Origin: Vicugna vicugna
Lineage: Eukaryota
NCBI GenBank assembly: GCA_013265495.1
Contig: MU058687.1
Location: 2,916,001 to 2,980,000, forward strand
Length of the DNA: 64,000 bases
Reading direction: 5' to 3'
Part shown: one piece after another, positions 51,701 to 60,900 of the stretch
Numbering within the stretch: the stretch's first letter is position 1
Layout: every line of letters starts with the position of its first letter
The notes under the pieces: generated by a model
What the model saw: only the letters and a program-made list of their open reading frames with translations
Database searches by the model: none
Told to the model about the DNA's origin: nothing
Translations under genes and position numbers: made by a program

Positions 51701-54106
51701 GAGGAACACTGAAGAAGGGCACCAGCCAGGCTGGGCACTCCGGGAAGGCTTCCCAGAGGAGGGAACATCTAGTCCGACTCCAGGAATGGGAGAGTAGTGG
51801 TTACTTGGTGGAATAGTGTGTGGGGGAAGAGCATTCGAGGAAGAGGATCAACCTGTACAAAGGCCCGGAAGAGAGAATCTGGAGCATTTGGGGAACCGCA
51901 GACAGCGTTGGGCCTGGTGGAAAGGCAGGGTGGGCAGCAAGGCCTGGTGGGAGAGGAGGCCGTCTAGTCACGGCAGAGCTGGGTGAAAGTGCGCAGATGC
52001 CAACAGTGGGTGGACGTGCCTAGGCTGGGTGTGCACAACTGCGGGTCTTTCTCACTTTGAAACAAACCATACAGATTATCTCTGGGAGGTGACAGAGGAG
52101 AAGGAGCTTCAGACCAGAGAGGTGACTAAGGTTTCAAAGCAGGAAGGTCTCTCTTCACATAGCATCTCCCTAGGGCCCTTCCAAGATGACCTCTCTCGAA
52201 TATTATCAACAATCATTTATTGAAATCTCACAAACCAGATGCTCCACCATTCTCAATCTTGACCTTTATGATACACCCACACCACAGAGGTTTTTATCCT
52301 CATTTTTCAGAGGGGAAACTGAGGCTGAATTAATCTAGACCCTCAGGTACTACTAAGCAAGGAAATGGCAGAACAAAGTTTGAACCAGATCTGTCATGGT
52401 CTACAGTTTGAGGGTTTTTTTTTTTAAATTACTGAAATTGATTTTTTAAATCTTTCATTATTATAACAGTGGTATATAAGCATTGTAGATAATTATGAGG
52501 AAAAAAAATAAGCAAAAATAAGAAAATAAAATGTCCATATTCCTACTACCCAGAGATGATCACTGATACCTTAATGTATATTCTTTCAGATATATACATA
52601 TATATTCTAAAATGGCATAATACTGCACACTATTTTATAATGTGTGTTTTTAATTAATGATCTCCGTCTTTTCATATATATATATTTTTATTACCTCTTC
52701 AAATATGCAGTCCACATTCAAATTGCCCTATGTGTTTCAGAAATAGCTTTTACAGCTTGTCCAAACCAAGATCCAATCCAGTCTCTCTGCTCGATTAATC
52801 CGGCACCTGTGCATGTCCCTTTTATTTTAGTACTGTCTCTGTTTTATGACTTGCTGGGGATACCAAGCCGGTAGTCTTGCAGAATGACCCACCTGCCTGA
52901 CTTTTCTGGCTGTTTCTCCATGATATCTTATAGCAGCCTACACTAGCCCCTGTATTTCCTGAAAACTAGAAATTAGATCCAAAAGCTTGCTAGATTCATG
53001 TTCAACACTAGGGGCTAGGACATGTTGCAGGCAGTGCTGTGCGTCACACCAGGAGGTATATAAATCCCATTTATTTCCATTAATGATGCTGAGGTGACTC
53101 CCTGATTCGGGGATGATTGCTGGCTTCTTCTGTTGTTCAGTTACCATTTTCCCTGTGACCAAAAATCATCTATAGGGTTGACTTCGGCCTGATGAGAATA
53201 TCTAAATTCTTCTGTTGAAAAGGTGTTACCTCATTGACTAGGGCTGTTTGGTTTCACTGAAATAAATTCCTACAGGAAAGGTGTAATTCTATCCAATAAT
53301 TACCTATTTTCAAAATAAGGAGTTGGTTTAAAAGTTATTTCAAAGGATGACAAGCAGCTCTGTCCCTAGTACTTCTTGTGTTTTTCTATTCTGCTGCCAT
53401 CCCAGGCCTTCCTGGGACCTGCCGGGACGTCACAGGTCACAGGACCAGGACCTCAGCTAGCAGTTCTGGTTTCAAATCCTGATTCTCAGGCCAGCCAATG
53501 ACACAGCCTGAGGGAGTTGTGGACGCACCTCTGAAGCTGTATTAGAAAGCGCACTAGCTCAGGAATGGGGGTCTCTCCAGACCCGGGCGTCAGGGAGCCA
53601 CATGTCACCTCCCCCTGGGTTCAGCCTGACCTAGAGCCAAGAATGAATGGCACCTGCACTGAAGGAACAGTGGACAAGGGGTTAGGAGACGCACACTAAC
53701 CAGCTGGGGAGCACGTAGATACTCATTGAATGTTCGAGAGCAACTGGGTGGGGGGATGGCCAGGACCCCAGCTGCTAGGGAAGAAGGAAGGAGCCGTGGC
53801 TTAGACAGGCAGAAGCTCTGAGGGTAGGGCATCAGGGGGAAGGGTGTGTCCAGGGCCTTGCCCCAGATGTAACCTCACACCATCTCCCCTCTCTGTCCCG
53901 AGCAGCTGTATGTGGCCACCGTGCTGCAAGAGCCGGAGATGAACCTGACCCCAGCCTCCTCCCCGGCCCGGCACACCTACGGCACCATGAACAGACAGCC
54001 AGAAGAGGGAGAAGAGCAGAGTGGTGTGAGGGGCTTTGCGAGGGAGCTGGACTCGGCCCAGTTCCAGGAAGGGCTGGAACTGGAGGGCCAGAGCCAGTAC
54101 CACTGA
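20787..54106 (+). CDS. TMEM63C: TMEM63C, spliced CDS of 22 coding exons, 2418 nt = 805 aa + stop; OSCA/TMEM63 (CSC1-like) cation channel
   Basis: Exons joined by hand. Every intron is GT-AG, phases agree and the frame stays open from ATG 20787 to TGA 54104-54106. Peptides such as [48 protein letters not shown] and [10 protein letters not shown] match TMEM63C as I recall it. TMEM63C-NGB adjacency is known mammalian synteny. Confidence 0.97.
21464..21543 (+). CDS. TMEM63C: TMEM63C coding exon 2
   Basis: ctctag|GTC...GACAG|gtgaag; [26 protein letters not shown]. Confidence 0.95.
21962..22043 (+). CDS. TMEM63C: TMEM63C coding exon 3
   Basis: ggcag|CCTG...GACAAG|gtgagt; [27 protein letters not shown]. 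Confidence 0.95.
22800..24090 (+). mobile_element. L2 LINE remnant
   Basis: atgggcatttcagactcaatatgtccaaaa...ctagtccaggcctccatt...cccagggcctttcacctgct. Confidence 0.65.
24753..24803 (+). repeat. Compound (GT)17-G-(GA)8 microsatellite
   Basis: Directly visible. Confidence 0.95.
25680..26105 (-). mobile_element. Old MLT1-type MaLR LTR
   Basis: aaatccagctcaaacaagcttt...gcttcaggtacagctggatctag...tgattggccctacctgggtcatg. Confidence 0.55.
26309..26346 (+). CDS. TMEM63C: TMEM63C coding exon 4 (38 nt)
   Basis: ccccacag|GGC...ATGAA|gtaagt; [12 protein letters not shown](K). Confidence 0.95.
28370..29850 (-). mobile_element. L2 LINE remnant (antisense, purine-rich)
   Basis: ggccttgaagaatgggaagaattt...cttggcttttgatctagaggcagcagagagcca...gtccaggtgagaggtggtggtg. 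Confidence 0.6.
30845..31615 (-). mobile_element. Old L1 (L1MC/L1ME-type) 3' region
   Basis: aattgaagtataacacacatacagaaaagtgcac...gacatttaggttgtttccagtttgggc...tatctcattgtggttttaa. Confidence 0.8.
31990..32132 (+). CDS. TMEM63C: TMEM63C coding exon 5
   Basis: ttccag|GAAT...CTGG|gtaggc; [47 protein letters not shown]. Confidence 0.96.
33531..33579 (+). CDS. TMEM63C: TMEM63C coding exon 6
   Basis: tctttcag|ACCAG...ACAGA|gtaggt; (D)[15 protein letters not shown](E). Confidence 0.94.
35429..35537 (+). CDS. TMEM63C: TMEM63C coding exon 7
   Basis: ttggcag|GAGC...TACAAG|gtgagt; [36 protein letters not shown]. Confidence 0.95.
36037..36470 (-). mobile_element. ERVL solo LTR (LTR16-like)
   Basis: tgccttggtttgggtcacccc...aagcagaccctgaggcaagaatttgag...ttattttggagatgatcccaggaa. 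Confidence 0.65.
37314..37387 (+). CDS. TMEM63C: TMEM63C coding exon 8
   Basis: cacctag|GTC...TTTCA|gtaagt; [24 protein letters not shown]. Confidence 0.95.
38004..38084 (+). CDS. TMEM63C: TMEM63C coding exon 9
   Basis: cttcag|TGAG...CAGAG|gtgagg; [26 protein letters not shown]. Confidence 0.95.
38195..38318 (+). CDS. TMEM63C: TMEM63C coding exon 10
   Basis: tgacag|GCGC...AAAGAG|gtaagt; [41 protein letters not shown]. Confidence 0.96.
39088..39221 (+). CDS. TMEM63C: TMEM63C coding exon 11
   Basis: ccccag|GTA...AATCA|gtgagt; [44 protein letters not shown]. Confidence 0.96.
40659..40781 (+). CDS. TMEM63C: TMEM63C coding exon 12
   Basis: ctgcag|CATC...ATTTG|gtaagc; [40 protein letters not shown](W). 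Confidence 0.96.
41246..41399 (+). CDS. TMEM63C: TMEM63C coding exon 13
   Basis: ccccag|GAAA...CTGCAG|gtgcct; [51 protein letters not shown]. Confidence 0.96.
42603..42709 (+). CDS. TMEM63C: TMEM63C coding exon 14
   Basis: ctgcag|AGC...ACCAG|gtgagc; [35 protein letters not shown](R). Confidence 0.96.
43733..43819 (+). CDS. TMEM63C: TMEM63C coding exon 15
   Basis: ttctag|GTCA...ACCAG|gtacgt; [28 protein letters not shown]. Confidence 0.96.
44398..44463 (+). CDS. TMEM63C: TMEM63C coding exon 16
   Basis: ttttag|TTTG...TTCCA|gtgagt; [21 protein letters not shown]. Confidence 0.95.
44665..44850 (-). mobile_element. L1 (L1MB/MC-type) 3' end nested in the Charlie element
   Basis: gtaacatcttgcataactatagtacaatatcacagccaggaaactgat. 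Confidence 0.7.
45817..45845 (-). mobile_element. Ultra-short (29 bp) poly(A)-tailed retro-insertion with a 16-bp TSD
   Basis: tgctgcccatgttctt at 45801-45816 and at 45846-45861 flanks a T-run plus ggactggagataggca. Confidence 0.8.
46124..46437 (-). mobile_element. MER2 (TcMar-Tigger) DNA transposon, near full length
   Basis: TIRs tagtcggccatctgtatcc / ggacacctagggacgactg followed by TA; internal ctggaaccaatcccc and taatctagagatgattta. Confidence 0.85.
46590..46752 (+). CDS. TMEM63C: TMEM63C coding exon 17
   Basis: acccag|GTGT...AGAATG|gtaagt; [54 protein letters not shown]. Confidence 0.96.
46997..47102 (+). CDS. TMEM63C: TMEM63C coding exon 18
   Basis: ccccag|AAC...TTTG|gtgagt; [35 protein letters not shown]. 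Confidence 0.96.
47522..47689 (+). CDS. TMEM63C: TMEM63C coding exon 19
   Basis: ccccag|GGCTT...CTGG|gtaggt; [55 protein letters not shown]. Confidence 0.96.
48460..48960 (-). mobile_element. Old L1ME-like fragment
   Basis: AT-rich; ttctccattgttggatattgaagttgttt. Confidence 0.5.
49461..49570 (+). CDS. TMEM63C: TMEM63C coding exon 20
   Basis: ttgcag|GTTCG...TATGAG|gtgagt; [36 protein letters not shown]. Confidence 0.95.
50979..51047 (+). CDS. TMEM63C: TMEM63C coding exon 21
   Basis: ctgcag|CCC...TCCCTT|gtgagt; [23 protein letters not shown]. Confidence 0.95.
52420..53345 (-). mobile_element. Old L1 (L1MC/ME-type) fragments
   Basis: AT-rich; cctactacccagagatgatcactg...ttgtccaaaccaagatccaatc...tatttcctgaaaactagaaattagatccaaaagcttg. 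Confidence 0.55.
53906..54106 (+). CDS. TMEM63C: TMEM63C last coding exon (22), includes stop TGA
   Basis: gagcag|[69 protein letters not shown]. Confidence 0.96.
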   Translation: MYVATVLQEPEMNLTPASSPARHTYGTMNRQPEEGEEQSGVRGFARELDSAQFQEGLELEGQSQYH

Positions 54107-56812
54107 CCAGGAACCCAAGGCCTCTACCTGGCAACTCCAGCCTGGAGTGGTGGCCAGGGGAGAGCCCAGCAGGGGAAGGCAGGAGGGCGACTAAGACCGC
54201 CCCACTACCTCCTGCAGACTTTGGGAAGGCCTCGTCGGAGCCCTGGCTCTCTGTCAGCCAAGTGGAGGCCCCGACCTGCTGACCAGCTAGAACGGGAAAT
54301 GCTGGGCAGTGCAGAGGGACCCTGGGACGGGATGGAGGATACAGGCAAGAACCACATCACGGGAGCAGTGGCTAGACCCCTGAGCACAGAGATTGAAGGT
54401 TGGGGGACTTTATTGGGGTCACGTTGGAGAAGGTGTGCATGAGGGAAGAGGCAGGAAGAAGCCCACTGAAGACTCTCTGGGGTCTTCGCCACCCTTCCAC
54501 CAGCTGCCCTGCCCAAGGAGCTTCTGCTGCTGCTCTTATGCCCTCTCCCAAACCCCAGCCCCAGCCATCCCTCCCCTGCCGTCTGAGGAAGCAAAGGTAT
54601 GTATGCTAGGCCTCACCGACAAGACACCTCCTCCATGTTTCCCTGCATGGGGATCTGTAAAGAGACTTTCTGCACCCACCACAGCGAGGGGCAGCTGAGA
54701 CCATAGAGCTGAGGAGGTGACTGAGCCCTTTCCTGTTCTCTGCCCCTCATCACATGTCCCCAGGAGCAGCAGAGTAGAGACCCTTCTCCTTTCTATTCCT
54801 GTAAGAGTAGCTAGGATATGGTCACCTGGGGCTCATTAAATGGGACCTGTATGCATTTTAATGAAGGTAACCAGGGCTGGTTAGTACAAGATGGGAGGGG
54901 CAAAGGCAGAATTCATGGAGGTGGATCTTCTCCCAAAACACTGAGTGATGAGAAACCAGATATAACTCCCTAAGCCCCACGGCCTAATGAGAGGACCCCC
55001 AAGGTCAAGGATGTGGCCACTGAGAGCTGCCTCCCTCATACCCATCTGAGTGTCTAGGCCCCCAGCATGACCGAAGTGGGCAGCAGCCTAGGGTGAGAAG
55101 CCCATGCTGCAAACTGAAGGCACTGACCTTCCCCTGGCCTCCAAGTAGGAGGCTGTCTCCTCTTGGGGCCACCCTCTACCTTGGACTGAAGAGCAGTCAA
55201 GTGGCCTTCCGTGTGATCTTAGCTCAAACACTGCAGATACCCTGCAGGGAGTGGGGTGGGGTAGGGGCCGTGTCCTCCACGGACAGGCAGAGTAAGGCTG
55301 CCCTCCCAGGGCTGCCACCACCCGAGGCCCAGAGGAGCCAAAGTCACATCACAACACTGGTGACACCTGGCACCATTGCCGCAGGCAGTGTGGTACAGGC
55401 CTTGGCCTCTGGGGATAGGCCCCATCAGGACCACCAGAGAGCCATTGGGGAAGACATAGAGAAGGGCTTGTTAGGGCCTTGGTGGATGAGAATGAGCCAA
55501 GTCAAATGGGGTCTGCATTCTCTAGAGCTCTCCTGAGCTCCCTCCAAAGGTCTGGGTCCCTGCAGCCGACCTACGCAAGGTGGGCACCAAGGTTCACCTC
55601 ACCTGGGTGTTTCCCACTGGCTCCCAGGCACGTGAGTGAGCTCAGATCACCTGCTGCTCCACCCTTTCCCACACTTGGCTCCAGAAGCTCCAAGCTTGAC
55701 CCCAGAGGAGAAATAGCACTCTAGAGGCAACCATTGCTCTCCCCTGAGAGCTCAACCCAGACTCTTGCTTGAAGGATCCTCCCAGAGAGCCTGGGTCAGC
55801 TGGGGAGGAGACAGTCTGTCCTTGTCCAGGTAGGAATAAGAAGGAAATTAAATGCAGCTGGTCCCTCATAAACCCAAGCCCCCCTGGGCCTCCTCCCCGG
55901 AGCCTTTCACCAGCCAATAAGAGGAAGGGTCCTTTCCAGAGCAGAGTGGTCAGGACCCCAGCAGGGAGCTCTGCCCACCATGGGGAGGTGGCCGGCTCCA
56001 GGCCCTGTCCGACCCCCAGGTGTGTGGCAAGGGGAGTCCTGCCGGAAGTTGGCCTGAGGGCTCCCCTTCGCTTGGCACTCCTTGCTGGTACCTGCCCTCA
56101 GGCTCCACAGCCCTGCTGGACTCTCCCTGCTGCTTTGGCCTCTCTGCCCCTCTCTTCCCCCTGCCCACTGGCAGCCTGTGGGAACTACACATGGAAAGGG
56201 TCCCGGCAGATGACGTGGCAGCATGGCTAGAACTTCCCCCTCTGAATCTGGGTCAAGTGCAATCTGGTCTTGAGAGAAGGCGGTGAGGATGTTGGGAAAG
56301 TTCCTGAGTCCACTCACCTCTTGGTTCTTCCTGGAGACCCAGAGCAACCAGCACAGCATAGCCACAGCCACGATCTCCCACATGCTTGGGGTGTGGGCGT
56401 GCTTTGGCACCTTACAAGCCACATCCAGGCCCTCCCCAAGGAACACCCCTCCCATCTGCTCCCATCTATTGGCCTACCTACCACCATCCATCCCTACCCC
56501 ACCGCCCACTTCCCAGCTGCCCCTGCCCCATCTATCCCCCAAAGCCTCTCAGACCCGATCCTCCCTGGAGGGAGCTGCCTCCCGGGACCCGGTATTGTCT
56601 AGAACCTCTGAGAAGTGCCCCTCCCTGGGCCTAGAGCAGCTCCATGCCTGCCTGCCTCTTCCTCAGACGCTTCTGGAAGCAAAGTGCCTATCAGCAGCAT
56701 TGCATCCTCTGGGGACCCTGGTGGGGGGTGTGGACTTCCCTTGGCCACCACAACTAAAGGAATGTGCCAGAACGCCGAACCTTCTTGTTATTAACGCTAT
56801 GACCGTGCCTTG

Positions 56813-56818
56813 AATAAA
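56813..56818 (+). terminator. TMEM63C: Probable TMEM63C polyadenylation signal (AATAAA); 3'UTR about 54107-56840
   Basis: First canonical AATAAA I found after the stop, followed by pyrimidine/GT-rich sequence. A variant ATTAAA at 54835-54840 could be a proximal site. Confidence 0.7.
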
Positions 56819-58369
56819 CAGGTCCTCCCAACCTCTCTTGGCCTGTGCCTCTGCCTCTGGACCAGCCCAGCTGGGCCTTCCCTCCACCAGAAGGACCCAG
56901 AGCTCTCTGATGGGCCAGCCTGAAGGACCGCACCAGCTTTGTGACTCTGACCCCTGGGGCCAGAGCTGCCCTTCTGGGATCCCTGACCCCTGAGGCCCTC
57001 CCTGGCCCCTGTACTCACAGGGGAAGGCCTGGAAAGTGCTTCCTGGTCTGCTGGAGAAACAGGAAGTGAATCTGCCTCCTCTCCGCTGTGGATGCTCTGA
57101 GAGCTCCCTGAGCAGTAGGGGAGAACTTTCTGGTCTGTGAGCTACCCGGGAGCCATTGGGGCAGCCTCCCCTGGGCAGCAGAAGCCCTGGGGTTAGTGCT
57201 GGACCCCGAGAGCCAGCCATTGGCCAGATTAGCAGCTGGACTCAACAAGACGAAGACTTCAGGTGGAAGCCCCCAGAAGGAGCGGTGGGCAGAGCCCGGG
57301 TCTGCATCAGCCTTAGCCAGCAGTGTGAGGGCAGGGGGAGGTCGAAGAGAGGCTGGGCTTTGTAGGTAGGGTGTGTGGCGTGGCCAGGTCAGGCTTGAAT
57401 GAGATAAGAAAATGCTCTAGCAAAGGGTAGTTATGTCTGCTGTCGCAGCCATGACAAGGGAGAAAAAAATTCCTTTCCCTTGGGGGACATGTCCTGGCCT
57501 AGGAGACTGAGGTTCCGGTCCTTGCTCTCGCCAGTTCGATGACCCTGGGCTGGTCACCTCATCCTGAAAGCAGGAGAGAAGGTTGACTGCTCTGCCTCAT
57601 TACTGAATAGAGCTGATTCATCTGCAGAGACGGAACAAGCTGGGGAGGTGGGAGGGGCTTCCTCCCCCACTGCTCCCTGTGAGGACAGAGGACAGTCTCG
57701 GGCACAATGCCTAAGGGATGCTCCCCAGTCCCCCTCGCCAGATCCTCTTCTCAAGCTTTCATAGTCCACCTGTGGACATGGGTTCAAAGCCACCATGGTG
57801 TGAGCCTGGGCATGGGGCCGGGGCCCATCCCCTTCACCCCCTCCTCTCAAAGCAATTATTTCCCAAGTGGGATGAAATCCACAAGGGGTTCTCCCATAGG
57901 GAGAGGAGTAGGAAGACCACCCTGGCCTGGTGGGAGGGGCTGTGTCCTGCAGCTGGGACCAGGAGTCAGGGTAGGGGGTGGAGGAGTGAGAAATGGTGGG
58001 ACTAGGGGACAGGACAAGAGGGAGGCCTGGTGCCAGGGGGGTCCAGGAGGCCAGCTGGATGGATCATTGGCGCACCAGACTGAGTGCTGGGCTGGGCTCT
58101 ACAGGACTGAGGAGAAAGTAGAAGGGCCCTGGGCTCCAAGAGGCTCTACCTGGAGGCCAAGCTTGGGGTGGCTCCCTGCTCCTGTCCCAAAGCCCTCATG
58201 CTGGGGATGGTCCATGCTGGCCGACTCCAGGTTTGCTCCGTAAAGGCCCCAGGGAGGCCTGGCAAAGCCTGGCTTGTGGGAAGACAGTTCACCGGTTTTC
58301 TCAACAAAGACTGTTTTCTGAACATCTGAGGTCCCTTGGCCTTGACAACCAGCAGCCTAGCATCTCTCA

Positions 58370-58578
58370 AGCTTCAAGTGCTGGGGTCTCCATCCCAGCT
58401 GCAAATCGGAGTCTCCTGGGAGATTTTAAACAATCCCAACATCCAGGCCCAGTCCCTCAACAGCCAAAATTTCTGGGATGGGCCCATACACCTCTCTTTT
58501 ACAAATTCCCCCCAGGTTATTCTGGTGTGGGGCTCAAGAAAAAAATACTTTTGATGCCCCAGTGGGAAAAGCACTCCT
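58370..58578. mobile_element. MER5-like DNA transposon
   Basis: gctgcaaatcggagtctcctgggagattttaaa...tctgggatgggccc...cccccaggttattctg. Confidence 0.55.
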
Positions 58579-58905
58579 ACATGCTCCAGACCCAGTGTCT
58601 GCAGTCACACAGCCTGGCAGGCCTGGCCCTCTGAGCTTAACAAAAATGAGGCCGCAGCTGGAGCTAGGGAGGCTCTGCTGCGGTGACGTTGGTCTTGGCT
58701 GGAAAAACTGGACCTCGGGGTGAGGGTAGCTGGCCTGGGTCCAGCCCCTCCAGCCATTCACAGCCCAGACCCAGGGCCCTACACCTTGGTGGCCAGGAGC
58801 TCATGGGGGTTAACCCCAGGCCTGCTCCGATGAAGCCCACTCTTAATGCCACTCGCTCCCCACACCCCGGGCTATCTCTCTACCTTTGTCTGCCTGCTCT
58901 TCCTG

Positions 58906-58980
58906 ACCACACACACACTCACACACACCCTCATACATACACACACTCACACACACACTCACACATGCACTCATACATGC
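58906..58980 (+). repeat. Imperfect (CA)n microsatellite
   Basis: Directly visible. Confidence 0.85.
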
Positions 58981-59219
58981 TCTTCAACTCCAATGTACAC
59001 TCCTGGTTTAACAAATTTAATCTCCTTAAATAGCCCGCCATGGGATTGGCACCTACCCCTCCACGGAGGATCTAGAAGCTCTCCTCAGAAACCCTGCCAG
59101 ATTTGGCACTGTTTGCTGCTGTTCTGGCACCTAAGGCATTCAATCCCTGGCCTCACCTTGTCCACCAGGAGGTGGGTTCCCAGACTCCTGACCAGTGAGC
59201 TGCTTCAGACTCTGGCTAG

Positions 59220-59664
59220 TGCAGGTATGTATGGTAACAAACCAACCCCCAAATGTATAATGGCACAAACACTATAGAAGTTTATGTCTCTTTTCTGTAA
59301 AATTCAGAATGGGTAAGCCCCTGCTTTACATGCTGGAGAAGTCTCAGACCCCAACAGGCACTTCTGATTAGTAGGCACTTTCCTCCGGGCAGTGATTCAA
59401 GGACCCAGGCTCCTTCCACCTAGTGGCTCTGCCATGTTCAACACATGGCCCTCAAGGTCACTGTAAGGGCTGCATCAAGCTAGTGGAAGGATAACAGAGC
59501 ACAAAGGAGCATGCAAGAGTTTGCCGGGTGGGAGGGCAGGTCTGGAAGTGGCACACATGTTCACTCATTCCATTGGCCAAAACCCAGTCACATGCTCCAC
59601 CTAATGCAAAGGAGGCTGGGAGATGTAGTCCAGTTGTGTGCCCTGCCAACCAGTTTCCACCACA
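59220..59664 (-). mobile_element. MLT1 (J/K-like) MaLR LTR
   Basis: aggacccaggctccttccacctagtggctctgcca...cattccattggccaaaacccagtcacatg...aggaggctgggagatgtagtc. Confidence 0.7.
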
Positions 59665-59840
59665 GACCCCCGGCTCCATCAACACCACATCCTTCTCTTT
59701 TCCATCCACTCTGGCCTTAACTCTCTTGATCCCATCCTCCCATCCTGCCCTACATCCACCACCCTGCAGCTTCATCTGGCCACAAGCCAACACCCAAGAA
59801 AAGACCAGTCTCGGAGGGTCAGAGAGGCACACAGAACAGG

Positions 59841-59846
59841 TTTATT
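59841..59846 (-). terminator. NGB: Probable NGB polyadenylation signal (AATAAA on minus); 3'UTR about 0.93 kb
   Basis: TTTATT on +, followed on the minus strand by GT-rich cctgttctgtgtgcc. Confidence 0.75.
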
Positions 59847-60765
59847 CCGCATGAGTTTATACAACCACAGCACGCAGCAAAAGATGAACATGGAGGCAGC
59901 TCAGGGTAAGGGGAGGGGGCCTCTCCTGCTGCTTTCTCTTCTATCCACCCACATAAGCATAGGCACACGCCGGATATTAAATACAGGGAACTATGGACCC
60001 GCAATCGGTGTGGGCAGAGGCAGAAAGCGTCGGGGTGGAGGATGAGACTCTGGGCCTCGGGTCTCTCTGGCAATGAAGCTCCCCCTCCTTCCTTGCCCTT
60101 TCGCAGCCCCGCCCCTCCCTGGCTGGCTAGCTGTTTCCTCCAGAGCAACGATAGGGGAACTCCCACCACACACTGCAAAAGAAAAACTGTCAGGTGGCAT
60201 CTGAGTGGGCCCCCGAGACCCAGTGAGCCCCATCACAGAGCCACCTCCCCCTTCCTCAGCAGGTCTCCTGGTCACCTGATCCTGCTGCCTGTGATTTCAC
60301 CATGAAGGCCTAAGCTGTCCCTCTCCTTTCCTTGTGAAAAGCAAACATCCCTGGGAGAGAAAAAGCACTGAAGGCAGGCAAGCTGGGAAGGTGCCTGCAG
60401 CTCAGCCATCCCATTCCTCCCCCTCCGCTGTCCCCACCTGGCCCAGGCTCACTGGGATGGGAAGACGACAGAAGAGCCTATTTCCTCTGAACAAGCCCCC
60501 CACCCCGGGCCCGATGCCGCCTCTGCCACCAAAACATGGCTCCTCCTCCTGGAGGAAGAAGGGATGCCAGAGGGGAAATTGGGCAGCTGGGGGTGAGGGG
60601 GGCAGAGACCCAGCCCTGCTCCATCACCTCTCTGGTATGGCCAAGGGGACAAGGACCACAGGGCAGGAAGGCCTGGGGGAGCCTGGGCTACAGTGGACAC
60701 AGATCAAAAGATAGACACGGACAGTCAGGGGCCGCCAGGGGAAGGCCGCTGGGCAGAGTCATCTC

Positions 60766-60900
60766 TTACTCGCCATCCCAGCCTCGACTCATGGCCTGTA
60801 CCACAGCCCCATAGAGCTGGCTCCAGGCAGCCCGCATGGCAGGTGTGAAGGCAGGGCCCAGGCACTTCTCCAGCATGTAGAGCAGCGACTCACCCACCGT
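60766..60900 (-). CDS. NGB: NGB exon 4 coding part (135 nt incl. TAA)
   Basis: Minus strand: ctacag|ACGGTGGGT...GGCGAGTAA. Confidence 0.96.
   Translation of the reverse strand, partial: TVGESLLYMLEKCLGPAFTPAMRAAWSQLYGAVVQAMSRGWDGE

Noticed and set aside
20937..53905. U12-type or non-canonical introns, or pseudogenising lesions, in TMEM63C
   Set aside because: All 21 coding introns are ordinary GT-AG and the joined frame has no stop or frameshift.
54104..54110. Stop-codon read-through at TMEM63C
   Set aside because: The context is TGA-CCAG, not the TGA-CTAG motif, and nothing else supports it.
55769..57220. Cluster of 150-185 aa ORFs on both strands in and after the TMEM63C 3'UTR
   Set aside because: GC-rich sequence with few stop codons; low-complexity products with no recognisable homology.
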